Source: Welwitschia mirabilis (taxonomy: Eukaryota). From it: 51,928 nt of DNA. A model generated the notes under the pieces. That model ran no database searches, was not told where the DNA came from, and saw only the letters and a program-made list of their open reading frames with translations. The DNA lies in the NCBI GenBank assembly GCA_051453625.1, contig JBOZIK010000001.1:5674356-5726283 (forward strand), read 5' to 3'. Positions 1-13,450 of the stretch are shown piece after piece. Positions within the stretch are counted from its first letter, which is position 1. Each line of letters begins with the position of its first letter. The position numbers were made by a program, and so were the translations under genes.

Positions 1-1381
1 GGAAAAAAGTTTTAAATTAATATGTAATACAAGTAATTTTGCAATGGGTGGGGTACCTTGTCAAAAGTATGAAAATGATTTTAATATTATATGTTATCAT
101 AGTAGAACTCTGTCTAGAACTAAAATGAATTATGCTACTATAGAGAAAGAGATGTTAACAATTATCTTTTGCCTTAATATGCTTAGAAATTATCTTTTAG
201 GCTTCCATACAAATGTTTATACTAATCATACTATAATTTAATACCTTATAACTAAGAAATATTTAAGTGCTAGACTGATTAGGTGAATCCTCCTCATGCA
301 AGAATTTCATTTGACCATCATTGATAATGCAAGGAAGTATAATAGTATTACTAATCATTGTTCTCATCTTTTTTCTCCTCTTAATTATGTTATGATTGAT
401 GATTCTTTTTCAAATGAATAATGTTTTATTATATCGTTTAATTATCCCCCTTCTTGGTATGCTAATATTGTTAATTACCTTGTTACCATGAAAACACCAT
501 AACATTGGACTTATAACCAAATAAAATCCTTTATACATAGAATATATGACCATGAATGACAGAACCACATCTTTATCATAGGTGTAGAGACCAAATTATA
601 TGAAAATGTATGTCTGATTGGGAAAAATATAATATCCTTTATCTTTGTAACGGTGATGTTTGTCAAGCTCATTTTAGTGGACAGAAAATAACTATAAAAG
701 TTTTCCATTTTTCTTTCTATTGGCTGATTCTTTTTCAGGATTCTTTTAAATTTACTAGAAGGTGTGATCCTTATCAATTTTATTATAGCCTTATTCATGC
801 TTAAAAGATGTCTTTTAAATCTATTCTTGAATGTAATCCTTCTAATTATTGGGGAATTCATTTTATAGGTCCTATTCACCTACCTTCTAATGATAAGAAT
901 TATATTCTAGTGGCTATAGATTATGTTAGTAAATGAATTAAAGATATTCCTACTTTTTTGAATGATGCCTAAACTATTTGTACTTTTCTTAAAAATTATA
1001 TTTTCCAATGATTTGGTTTTCTAAGGATTATTATTAGTGACCAAGGAACTCATTTTATAAATTAACCTTTTAGCAAACTTCTTTTATCCATTGGAATAGA
1101 ACATAGAGTAGCTTGTGATTATCATCCCCAAACTAATGATCAAGCTAAAAATTCAAATAGAAAAATTAAGAAAATGTTATAAAAACTTGTCTCTATTAAT
1201 AAGAAATCTTAGGCTTCTAACCTTAATGATGTTCTTTAGGCTTACTATACTACTTGACATAATTCTCTTAGTTTTTCACCTTATAAACTTATGTACAGAA
1301 ACATTTTTGTTTTACCTATTAATATGTGCTATAACTATTATCATACTTCTTATTAACTTAATCTTGTAGACCTTTATGAGA
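1..1381 (+). pseudogene. Ty3/gypsy pol fragment (RNase H + integrase N-terminal and core regions)
   Basis: NYATIEKEMLTIIF, ARLIR*ILLMQEF, HFSGQK...FYW, WGIHFIGP, YILVAIDYVSK*, ISDQGTHF, YHPQTNDQ resemble Athila-type RNaseH/INT motifs; many stops. Confidence 0.92.
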
Positions 1382-1680
1382 TACTATAAGAAAAAATAAG
1401 CTTTTAAGCCATTTTTTAAAATAAACACCTTAATTATAGGTCTTTTAAGGCATTCATCTTAATCAACACCTTCAATAAAAACAATAATAATATTATTAAG
1501 GTATTTTTTTTAAATAAATGCCTAAAAACCCATTACCAAACTATTTTAAGATATTTAAAAAAAAACTCCTTAAAAATTTTGAGCTTTTAAGGTGCTTATG
1601 AAAAAAAAAAGATCTTAAAAATATGAGCTTTTAAGGCGTTTAATGGAACAAACACCATAATAGCTAGGTTTAAAACCTTT
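1382..1680. repeat. CACTA TIR plus subterminal repeats (TTTTAAGGC/GCCTTAAAA-like motif in both orientations); also at 9135-9490, 18200-18435, 19160-19471
   Basis: Repeated ttttaaggcatt / aaacaccttaaaa variants cluster at all four CACTA ends. Confidence 0.85.
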
Positions 1681-2530
1681 TTTACATGTCCTTTTAAAAA
1701 AATAATATCATCAAAATAGGAGGTTTTTTCTTACAAAAATGCACTGCACAACTCTATGCATCGAGAATCGACCCTCCATGTTGTAATTTTGTGCATCAAA
1801 AGAACTACTTTCTTCCTTTTACATTTTCAACCAGTGGTAGCAGATTCTATCTTAAGCATCTTTAATAATAACTTGTCAAGGGGTGATTTGTTTTCTACAA
1901 TGAGAGTTAAGGTACCATTTTTTCACTATGTACTTTGTTTTTTAATTGTTTTTCATCTTTTCTTCTTTGCATTGAAAATACTTACACTACAAAAACAAAT
2001 CTCACGATCTTCACATTTATAATTATTGTTTAAGGATTCGATCTATACCAATTGTGTTTATCACTCATGTTTTTCTTGATGTTTGAAATTGGAAATCTTT
2101 TACTTTCTTATTTATTTTGATGTGTGTTTTATGATAATTTTTATTTTTTACTTGTCCTTATTTGGTTACTTATTTGATGCAGTGGAAGAAAGAGCATATG
2201 AAATGCTTGAAAAGGAAGAAAAGAAAGATGAGATAAAGATCCAAGTAATATAGGTTCTGTTTTCTTGAATATATGAAAAGAGACATTATCGATAGCATAA
2301 TCATGACATAATGCTATAGGTTAGGGTTTTCATATTATTTAATTCTATTTATCATTGAGTTCAAATTTAAGTTTCATACGGTATCTGATCATTGACAGCT
2401 TATAAGAAAAAATCAACATAGGAAAATGTCCTATTTCAAAGGTTTAGGTCTTCTTTTTAAGCTGATTAACCTTATGCTTTCTATTGATTTTATTATAAAT
2501 TAATTAAATAGTTACTGTGATACTAATGTA

Positions 2531-2720
2531 GATCGGTTGGAACCACTAACCGTTGTTTGACAGGGATTTTGAACCGGCAGAGTGAGCAATGTATGTGCGG
2601 GTGACCATATAGTTCCCCGATACTGCCCTTACCTGGCAACTCGCCACTGGGTGTCATATGTACTTATTCTCCGGATGCGTAGTGATGCTGGATTGTTACG
2701 ACGGACGTAAATGGAGTACC
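2531..2720. other. Compositionally foreign CpG-rich segment of unknown identity
   Basis: Hand count: 95/190 G+C and 11 CpG, against strongly AT-rich, CpG-poor flanks. Confidence 0.8.
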
Positions 2721-3829
2721 TCTTTTTAATTTATCTTTTATAAGCCCTTATTTTACTTCAAAGAAGAAGGGCCAAGAAATTTGTTCTTAACATATGTTGA
2801 AAACTATATTTACAAAATACTTTTGCAAATCCTAGGAAACTTTAAAAATTATTAATTTTAATACTAGTTCAACATCTTTTGTAAATTTACTTAAAGAATT
2901 AGTTTCTTACACTTTAGAATGCTTAGCATAATCAATTACCTTAGAGTTCAAAAAAAGGGTAATGCTTGGCACAACCATTTACCTCCTTAAAGTTCAAAAA
3001 GGGATTGAGTATCTTCATGTTTCTTTTTCTTTTCTATTGCCTTTTTGCTAAATAAAATCTTCCTTTAATTAAAGTTTGAAACCTTTTTTAGGCCATAGCA
3101 TCCATCATAGCATCCACAGTGGAAGACTATAATGCAATGAGGCTTAGGTACTTTGATTATTTACATGTTAGGATTTGAGAGGCTTCAAAAGGAACAAACT
3201 TACTAGTTGACTTCTATTAGAATGACTTTTTAATGTTTTGCATTATTGTAGGTGTTATTTATGTGCATTTACATTTTCTATTATTTATTTTCAAGATAGC
3301 ATTTCATATGGTCATATTTTTTCATAATCCATCTAGAACTCTTTTGAAGGCCTGATCTATTCTTTGTGAGTTTGTGCATGACATTCAAATCAATATTTTT
3401 ATTGATTTTGCTATAAGATTTAAAGTGGTTAGCTATGAATCTAAGGATATAGATGTTTTATAAGATTTAGGAATGTCTGGAAAATTTCATTTTATGATAG
3501 TAATTTTTCTATTCTTGATAGTATCATGAAAAAATTATGTTCCCATTATGTTAAAGGTATAAAACTACTATCCATAGGACAGGTAGTAAACTAGTAACCA
3601 TTGAAGTTAGTATTAGTAATTTGAGGTGTTAAAGAAGACATGTTCTAAAAATCAGTTAGCATATCTTCATTATAAAAGAAAAATGTAAGCTAAAAAAAAA
3701 GGGGGTACATAGATTTTATGTGGTAGATCTTGTTAATGTAGAGTAAAATATTATAGAAAACATTTCACAAGACTAGAGTTTTAACAAAAAAATATGAGAA
3801 CTGTGTATAATTAATTCCTTCTAAAGCAA

Positions 3830-4490
3830 AGATAGGTGTCCATCTTAATAATGTTAGAAAAAACTAAGGTTATTAAACCTATGATTCTAATTCCCAAGTT
3901 AATTGACAAAATCAAATACATGTAGGGCATTCACAATATTTAATGCTTTTAATCATCATAGCTAAGTAAAGAACTATATTAGAAAGGCTTCATATTACAT
4001 TAAAACTATTAGTTTATTTTAGCTAGAATCACCCAAGATAATAGCATAATTGATGCATATGCTTCCTTATCTAGTTTATATAGGAATATCCTAAATGTTG
4101 TTTAGATTGTGAGATTTATCTCATTTTCTCACTTAAGGAGGTCTTTGTAGTAGGCTTTATGTCCATATTCAAAATGCATTAAAGTGGAAGAGTAGAACTT
4201 ATGAATATGTTTTATTTAATTACAAAAGGATGATCATAGTGATAGGCTATGGACTTACATTGGGAGACATGTAATTAGATTGCAAAGTGTATATCATAAC
4301 ATGTCGATTTGGAGACAATACTATATTTTAATATGATGACACTAAGAATATGATAACTTTTGTACCTATCTTCTGGTATCAATCTATGACCTTTTAGCTT
4401 ACAAATGATGAAGATAAACATAGTAATGTGCCATCTCATTAGGAGTTGTATACATGATAACCTACACCTATGATACATAAACATCGGGTT
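3830..4490 (+). mobile_element. Possible highly decayed Tat-type gypsy remnant (archaeal-type RNase H / integrase fragments)
   Basis: Weak motifs ARITQDNSIIDAYASLSS and DRLWTY only. Confidence 0.25.
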
Positions 4491-4703
4491 AGGCATTCCA
4501 TAAGACGTAGAACTATAATAAGTTATTTATGTCTTTGCATTACATCTTGTTTTTAAATGCTAGAGAACTAGATGTTTCCAAAAGTTAGTCTATCCTAATA
4601 ATATAAAATGACAAGATATACTATCTTATGAAGTGAAACAATTACCTTAGAATTAGATATGGGACTAACTGATACTTGCCCTAGTTAAGAAAGGATTTTT
4701 AAT

Positions 4704-6050
4704 ATGCTTGGAGTTATCAATAAGTTCTTCTTTCTTCTCTTCTTCTTACTTTCTTCTGAATAGATGAAGAGAGAAGACTGTAAACTCTATCTCTTTACAT
4801 GTGCTAATCTTTAGAGAGGTATTCACCATTATTTCACAGATACCTTCCTAAATTTATCCTTTAGGATTCTTTGGAATAGGCTATGTCTACAACCTTATCA
4901 ATAAGTCTAATGATTTTGAAGATAATCTCATTGGTTGATCTTTTTGCATTATTAAGAAAGAGAGATTTTCTCAAAATTTCCCAAAGAAAAGATCAAAGAA
5001 AATGTACTTGTAGAGAACATAGATGAAGATCTTGTAGTATCAGTGTGCAACAACTCCTTTGCAAGTCAATCATTGGAGAGATCTCTAGGTAACTATAAGA
5101 GGGCTATAATTATATAGTGAAAGGCTATGGAAATGATGATAGAGAGATCTCTTAAAAGCCTTCTAATTAATGGTTTCAATTATGATAATGTTGTGATCTC
5201 TCAATAGGGTTTGTACATATCCATTTTGGAGTTGCTTATTCTCTTTTCATCAATGGTAAAGAAATATTTATTCTAATGGAAACCATAAAAGAATACGTAA
5301 TTTCTTCAACTAATAGAGGTTGTAAGGGCATCCATATGTTTGGAGGTATTACCACTATCTTACTAAGTGATAGCATGAACAAATATTTAGTTGTAAGATT
5401 TCCACTAGTGAAACATGCCTCTGAACTTAAATTCTTCCTTGAGAATCCAAAAACATGAAGAACATTGCCATTGTGCTTAATAGATTAGTTTGTTAGCATT
5501 TTAGAAGTGTTGTATTTGTCAATCAATCTTATTATAAATGGGTAATTAGATAAAACTTTTTAGGAATTATTAAGTTATTCATTTAAGGTTTAATTCATAG
5601 GTTTTAAATACTAATTTGTGTTATTTGTTTTGAATTGAATAGCACAAGAAGGTTTGCAAGGATGGAGGCATAAAATGTTGCATTATAGGGAGGAACCTTT
5701 ACATGAGGTTCTGCTAAACCACAAGAAATGCTATGGAAATGAACATGATATCCAAGAACACTCTAAATGTGTTGAAGTTTCTAAAAGATATCCTTCAAAA
5801 CATGGATGTCATTAGTGCTTTGATAAACTATTGTGTAAACAGGAAAGCCATGAAAGTCAATTGTATAAAGAGGTATGGAAAATCCATGATAGTAAAGGTA
5901 GGGATATGAGGAGATGTGATGAAGAAGGTTCTTAACAAAAGTATTTTAATTTAAAGTTGAACACTCTAACATGATAAAAATCCTTTCGTTTGGGAGGTGA
6001 TAATGTGCTTACTTTTGATTTCATCAATGTAAATTTTATTAGCTACAAGG
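4704..6050 (+). pseudogene. HMGR: 3-hydroxy-3-methylglutaryl-CoA reductase pseudogene, 3'-truncated, intron 5484-5642
   Basis: Colinear motifs YFLLNR*REK..SLHV..IYPLGFFGI (membrane domain), DEDLVVSV..SLERSLGNYKRA, STNRGCKGI..GG, ELKFFLENP, RFAR..GRNLYMRF..NAMEMNMISK, MDVIS..NYC..YGKS, LGGDNV; stops and frameshifts. Confidence 0.92.
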
Positions 6051-6054
6051 AGGC

Positions 6055-6530
6055 AATGATATGCAACAAAGGCTCTTTTTTCAACCCCAATGATTGGTGG
6101 TCCTACAATGAGTTTGTTATCATATCTTTAACTAAATGTCTCCCTCTCTAATACTAAAGCTAAACACTTTACCTTCATAAAGGTGGCCAAAGAAATGATA
6201 TGGCTATAACATTTGCTTGGTGGATTTGAATAAGCATAAGTAGGAGATTTTGTGTGAAAGTTAGAGTGCTATATCTTTCTTGAAAATGTAGTATTACACA
6301 CATCCTTATATAAAACACATTAGGAAAGAGTTTGCTAAAAGTCCAAATATTGTAGATGTATTAAGAAAGACTCTAATAATTGAGGAGAATTCTCTCTATA
6401 AGAGGAGGGCTAGTTTGGATTTTACTTGATGATTAAGGCATGGGTTGCAGTGTAACTCTTGATGCTATGAAGCTAGAGCTTAATTTTAAGGATGAAAGAA
6501 TTTGTCTTCAAGTGGAAGAATATTGTTAAG
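6055..6530 (+). mobile_element. Ty1/copia RNase H remnant with PPT-like end, truncating HMGR
   Basis: VSLSNTKAK..VAKEMIWL..ILCES*SAI..NIVDVLRK resembles copia ALSTTEAEY..KEAIWL..CDSQSAI..ADMLTK; caagtggaagaatattgt at ~6510. Confidence 0.7.
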
Positions 6531-9500
6531 TGTAGCCATATTTATTTAATCCCTTGCTATGCTTTTTCCCTAGTTAAACCCATAAAGTTACATCCCTTAA
6601 TGATTTTGCTTGATTAATCCTTACATTTCTATAATATTCTAATTCCTTAAGTTGTTTTTAATGTTAATCTATTCTTTTGAAGTTTTTATATCTTTATGAA
6701 GTTTTGTGATATTGATTTCTATATTATTAAAATATCCATATCTAGTTTTAAAGATTCTCTATATGTTTTAAGATCCTAGCATTTAAGTGTTTGTGATATC
6801 ATTATTCATTTACATCATTAATCATTTGATTTTTAGGCCNNNNNNNNNNNNNNNNNNNNNNNNNNNNNNNNNNNNNNNNNNNNNNNNNNNNNNNNNAGAA
6901 ATGGTATCTAAAAGAATACTATTTTGATACTTTTTGGCTTTCCTTAAGTGATGAATAGATGATGACTTTATATATTCACTGATATGCTCTTATGCTTTTC
7001 TTTTTTTGACTAGCTAATGAGTGATGTTGTTACTAATTCTTTAATGTCATTTTCTTTTGAAGTTCTTGGGTCTACCTGTATAGCTAATATGATGTAAAGG
7101 TAGCCATAATCAAATAGCCATGCTAAGGCTAAAGCAGTATCCATTAGTTTATTTTTCTCTTCCTGAGATCAAGTGTAAGGCTTGTTTGTTGAGCAATTCT
7201 TCATGTCTTTGATCAATTTATTTTTGTGTTCTTATTTTTCATCCTTAAATGTTGGTCTAAAGTTATTAATAAACATGCTTACACATACATATATGTGTAT
7301 TTTCTTTTACTGAAGAAGATATAGGACAAGCTATTTGAAGAATGAACTACTTGACTTATCAAACCTTGAGTAATAATAAAGATCATACCTATGGAATGTT
7401 ATTATAAAAGGAAATTCTGCAACAAAACAAAAGATAATGCAAGCAATAAAACTAGAAAAAGCATACAAGAAGACTAAAGAATTTTAGTTACTTTTGAGCA
7501 TACATACTTGAGAAAGTAGTACAAAACTTTTATTATTCAAATTTAAGCTTTAAATAATACAACCACAAGAAAAAACAATATGAATGTGATCTCTAGTCAC
7601 ATATTTGGATTTAATGATAAAAAAGGGTAACTTTTGTGCCTATCTTTGATTTTGAGTTAAATCCTAACTATCTCCTATGAAATGATGATTGAACGCAATT
7701 TGAATATCACTAATAAGATAGTAATTCCCATTATTTATTCTCAATGAATTTGTAACTTGTCTTATTATTTTACAATTCCATTATGTGATATCAATCTCCT
7801 TTAATTCATACTTTATCCGGTTATTTCACAATTACATTACATTATTTGAATTTCCCTAAGTTTTTACTTCAGAGATTCTTGATGTAGTCTAAGGTTAGGT
7901 AATGAAAAACATTGCATCTTTCAAAGATCACCTTGGATGTTGTCATTATTATTTGCAATAGAAAACAACATGCCTCAGCATGATGATGAAAATATTCTGG
8001 TAATCATGCTTTAGATCAAGAGCTTGACTAGACTCCTTCTGCTAGGACATTCTATCTTGATGGTTTTAGGTATTGTTAGATTATTAATCCACCTTTCATA
8101 CCTAGAGCTCACGTGTTATATTTAAGTGTTAAGATTATTTTAAGACTTAGTTCTTGGGATCCTTGTTATATTATCATATTGAATGTTAATTATTAGCATA
8201 TGTATTAAAAGAAGGTATTATGTAAGATTATGAAGTGCAAGCTTGCACATGATAAAATACAAGAAACAAATATAATAAAAGAAAATAAATATAACAGAAC
8301 AACACCTAATAAGACATATGTAATAGTGATATGCTTAAGGGGCTAGAAGAGTAGCTAAGTTGGAATACAAAAAGAGTAGTATTATGAAAATACAAACGTA
8401 ATAAGCTTTTAGGGTTAGTGAGCTATGAAAATGATATTTAAATCCTTGTTTTAGGTTTAAGGCTATGGAACTCATTTTTGAGGTTCTCTACATTATAAAA
8501 TGAATGGAGCATAAAGTGAGATAAACAATTGTGATTAAGCTTAGCTCTAAAGATGCAATCATTATTCTCTACTCACTATGTTTAGCCAAGCTTTACTTTA
8601 AGTCCCAGCATGTGACATTCAATTCCATAGGCCTTACTACTAGTTCATCTTTTGGTTTTAATAGTTATCCTTCTATGTCCATGGCTCTAGCTTTTGGCAG
8701 CTCTGACTCTCAACTTATCTATGACATCTATGCATACAGTTCTATAAGGATGAAAAGGATGAACAAAAATCACTCTTTATGCATAGAAGGTGAGAAATGC
8801 AATACAATCAAAATAAGAGGGATGTAACAAAGTGGATTAGATGAAATAAGCTTACTGAGTATGGGTGTTAAGCATGGTTGTATCATTCACATATAACTTT
8901 TATTCATAAGCTTTCATAAATTCAAGTGTGCATATCATTTGTGCAGGATCAATGCTCAAGAATTTAACTTAGAGGTATTATCTTTAGTGGAACTTATCCA
9001 TTTCCTTGAACATCAATGCTAACACAACATTACTTATAAAAATGTTGCATTAGAAGATATCTATTTTAGTCATGATCTCTCTTCCTTTACTCAATTCTCT
9101 TTAATTTTACTACTTTTACTTTGTGTCTACAAATCACTATAAGAAATATAGGCTAAAATTCCTTAAAGTATTTTAAGGCATTTCTTCACAAAACACCTTC
9201 AAAATCATTTCCTTAAAATCCTAGAAGTTTTTAGGCCATTTCTAAGGCATTTGAATAAAAACACCTTAAAATGTCTTTTAACACGTTTTTGAAAAAAAAT
9301 GCCACAAAAGACTTTTGGGGAATTTATTTAATAAAACATCTCATAAGGATTTTTAAGGTAGTATATTAATTAAGCACCTCAAAAGGCCAAATCCTTTTTG
9401 AGGTGTTTTACAAAACAAATTTCTAAAAACCTTTAACTTTTGGGGAAAACAATTTATTACACAATGGTAAAAAATGTTGCCTTTAGACTTAATAATTTGT

Positions 9501-11249
9501 AAGCATAATGGTTGCACTGAATTATGGGAATGGTTTTTTTTAGGTAAGCAAAAGCCAACATTTCTAGTACCTATGGTATAGTTGAGTGATATATTCAAGT
9601 AAAAGTTCCCGCTAAAGCCTTCTAATACTTTCAAACTCATTCTCAGTTTATTAAAACAGGTTTAAATCTTTTTGAAATTATCATAGAATATGAACACTAC
9701 TATCTTCCTTGGGTTTAAAAAAACAATTATAATTAATTATAATTAAGTAGTTAAATTTAAGATTTAGCAAGGTCTCATATCCATCATTCATAATTAATGC
9801 ATATAAACATGGCAACAAAATTAAGAGTCATCAAAAAATTTTAAAATGAGCATGAAGTTTATAATAAAGATATAGACTTTTAATTAAATAAGTAGATGGC
9901 ATCAAAACCCATAAATCATCACCTAAAACATCAGTAAACCTAGTAGAAATAAAGATAGCTTACCTGATAAAGATGTAAAATCTTGGAAAAATATTAGAAC
10001 TTTGAGACATTTCTACACCTTTAGAAAGATAGTTACCCATGAAACTAGACAACTAAATGCACTTGGAGATACCCATGAGNNNNNNNNNNNNNNNNNNNNN
10101 NNNNNNNNNNNNNNNNNNNNNNNNNNNNNNNNNNNNNNNNNNNNNNNNNNNNNNNNNNNNNNNNNNNNNNNNNNNNNNNNNNNNNNNNNNNNNNNNNNNN
10201 NNNNNNNNNNNNNNNNNNNNNNNNNNNNNNNNNNNNNNNNNNNNNNNNNNNNNNNNNNNNNNNNNNNNNNNNNNNNNNNNNNNNNNNNNNNNNNNNNNNN
10301 NNNNNNNNNNNNNNNNNNNNNNNNNNNNNNNNNNNNNNNNNNNNNNNNNNNNNNNNNNNNNNNNNNNNNNNNNNNNNNNNNNNNNNNNNNNNNNNNNNNN
10401 NNNNNNNNNNNNNNNNNNNNNNNNNNNNNNNNNNNNNNNNNNNNNNNNNNNNNNNNNNNNNNNNNNNNNNNNNNNNNNNNNNNNNNNNNNNNNNNNNNNN
10501 NNNNNNNNNNNNNNNNNNNNNNNNNNNNNNNNNNNNNNNNNNNNNNNNNNNNNNNNNNNNNNNNNNNNNNNNNNNNNNNNNNNNNNNNNNNNNNNNNNNN
10601 NNNNNNNNNNNNNNNNNNNNNNNNNNNNNNNNNNNNNNNNNNNNNNNNNNNNNNNNNNNNNNNNNNNNNNNNNNNNNNNNNNNNNNNNNNNNNNNNNNNN
10701 NNNNNNNNNNNNNNNNNNNNNNNNNNNNNNNNNNNNNNNNNNNNNNNNNNNNNNNNNNNNNNNNNNNNNNNNNNNNNNNNNNNNNNNNNNNNNNNNNNNN
10801 NNNNNNNNNNNNNNNNNNNNNNNNNNNNNNNNNNNNNNNNNNNNNNNNNNNNNNNNNNNNNNNNNNNNNNNNNNNNNNNNNNNNNNNNNNNNNNNNNNNN
10901 NNNNNNNNNNNNNNNNNNNNNNNNNNNNNNNNNNNNNNNNNNNNNNNNNNNNNNNNNNNNNNNNNNNNNNNNNNNNNNNTACAATAGATATCCAATATGG
11001 TTCTGCTATAAGCCAAAAATGCTAAAGATTAGTCAGCATATTATTTGAAAGTATACCATGATGAAAGAATGATCCATCACTAACTCATGATATTACTTGT
11101 GATCTATCATTAAGTTAGATTTATAGAAAATAGTATTCACAATACTAATGAAGATAAACATATGAGGAAGATGTGGCATCACTATGCACCCCCCACATAC
11201 AGCAATGATGAATAAGGAAATCAGTCTTTAGACATGTTAAGGAATTTCC

Positions 11250-12460
11250 ATGTTTAAATTTTTTTACTTATTATTAGTTGAGTTGAGGCTTAGGCATTTC
11301 AAAATGATGATAGTTGTTTAATTTTAGGGTACTTGAAATTTTCCTAGAGAATGATATGAACTCATTGATGCAAAATGATGCTTAGGAATTATGTAATTTT
11401 TCTATGTTTCAATGGTAGAAAGGCAATGAGAAACATATTTCTCTACTATAGATTATAGAGGAAGCAAATAATAGAAACTTGCTACAAAGATAGAATGGTA
11501 GTTAAGAGGGCTTTGCATAGTAGAATGCTTTTGATATCATCAACATCATTTTGCTAGTGGTAAAGGTCATCTGTGGACATGTCATACTTTCAGCTGTAAC
11601 ACTTCTTCATCTAGAGCAATTGGACATTAAAACTGTAGGTTCTACCTAGTGGTTGTAATAAAGAATTTTATATCCAACATGTGCATAAAAGTAAATCTGA
11701 CTTACATTATAGACTTATGTAGTCTTTATTTCTTGAAATAAAATCATTGTGAATGCTATCATTAACACATCCTCTTTACATGGAGTTCCATTACAAATGA
11801 TTTAAAGAGGATAGATTTGTTTCTATGTAGAGTATGTTTCATCTAATTTTATCATCTTATTACTTGATGGAGATGATTTACTTAATGGCATCAATGTGAT
11901 AAGGGCTAGCAAGTTAAAGGAATGAATATAAGATTTGTAATGAAGGTTTATGAAATAGTTAAGAAATCTTCAGGACCTCTAAGAAAGATGAAAAAGAACC
12001 AAAAGTTATGGCTTTAACAAGAACAATATTTGGATGAGATACTAAAACAATTTATCATGTCCAAAGATAAACTAATAAGTTCAACTTTGACTTTGTGCAT
12101 GAAGTTTTTTAAGCATTGCTTCTCAACTATGATTAATAATTGGAGTATACAAAGCTAAATCCTTGTACATTAGTTTTTAGAAGCCTAATGAATGTGGAGG
12201 TTTTTACTAAGTTAGAGGGCCTATGAAGTGAGTGCTAATTTGTTTCATAAATAACTGTGGTTTTACACATTGACATTTTATTATTAGTATGTGCAGATGT
12301 TAGTGAGATGATTTTAATAGAATGTAACATGTATGAATGTGAACATGATGGGTGATTTAGATGGAAGGTAATGTTCTAATTATTTGTTTTGATGTAACTA
12401 CTTTGATATCTACATGACATTGTGGTATGATCTTATCTACCACTAAACTTATATTCATTA
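11250..12460 (+). pseudogene. Ty1/copia reverse transcriptase to RNase H remnant
   Basis: YKDRMVVK, LEQLDIKT, IILLLDGDDLL (YVDD equivalent), LWL*QEQYLDEILKQF, MMGDLDGR, LSTT. Confidence 0.8.
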
Positions 12461-12959
12461 TGATTTTATGAGGGTTCACTCATTTCAACGTTGAGGGTTT
12501 ACTAATTCTCATTCCTCCACTCTATTTCTTGCAATTTCATGTAGAACATCATGAATCTCAAATGCATCATAATGAGATAATCCATACGATATGAGTGTCT
12601 TACTCTGTACCAGATCATCACAACTACTTCCACTACAATCTCAACCTTCCTATTATCATAACAAACAAAGACACAATAAATATTTATAAAATTTTCTTTA
12701 GATTTATTTTCTATAGGCTCATGTGCAAATGCCTTCTTATAAGTATAGTCATCCATGAGGGTGTGCATTCTTTTATGTTAACTATCAATTATTGCAAATG
12801 ATATCATCTAAGAATGTAATTGATTCTATGAGCTTCCTTCCTTTTGATTTTGCTATTATTATTACTATTATTGATGATGCCTTTACTATTACTAGTATTG
12901 CTACTAATGTTGTTATCACTAAATCTTATTATTGGTAGTAATTCTACTATTTATATGAA

Positions 12960-13450
12960 CATTCTTATTACTATTGAAAATGAAAATGAGATTTGAAATG
13001 GGCCAAGGTCTCCTCCTTTCCCTTTGGTGTTGTTATTAGCTACTAAAACCTTTTGCTTCTTTTTTTATTTATCCTTTTAAGGATTTGCCTTTACATTTTT
13101 TTATATAGAATAATAAGAGTTCAAATTCCAAGCTATGTGAGTGATGGAAATCCTCCTTAAAGTTACTTTCAAAGCTTAGAGAAATTTGTATAAAGGAAGG
13201 ATTTGATTATGAACCTAACTTAGTAAAATATGAGTTTATCCCTTATGTCCTTGTTGACTTGCAAAATTATCTTTTTGCTATTGATGAATTAGTTTAAAGG
13301 TTTTGAACCAATGTGTGATCCTTCATAGCTTAATTTTAAATAAACTCATGAATCTGATGTCTTTAAGTTTGTCCAGTGAAACAATGTGCTACTCTTTGAT
13401 AGCAAAGCAATGAATCTAAGAAAACATCCAGTTTAATCAAAAAATTTAGC
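12960..13450 (-). mobile_element. Possible decayed gypsy gag remnant
   Basis: Weak HWFKTL*TNS motif on the minus strand next to a putative LTR. Confidence 0.25.

Noticed and set aside
2561-2690. Cobalamin riboswitch-like GCCACTGGG, U1-like CTTACCTGGCA and rRNA-like GTCGTAACAA words in or beside this part of the CpG island
   Set aside because: Only 9-11-nt matches; the surrounding conserved motifs and structure are missing
5276-5458. 60-aa ORF as a functional small gene
   Set aside because: It is an open stretch inside the HMGR pseudogene with the MATTEG motif degraded to METIKE
10002-11048. Long ORFs in the track (also 19881-20657 and 20859-21308)
   Set aside because: They consist almost entirely of N-gap translations
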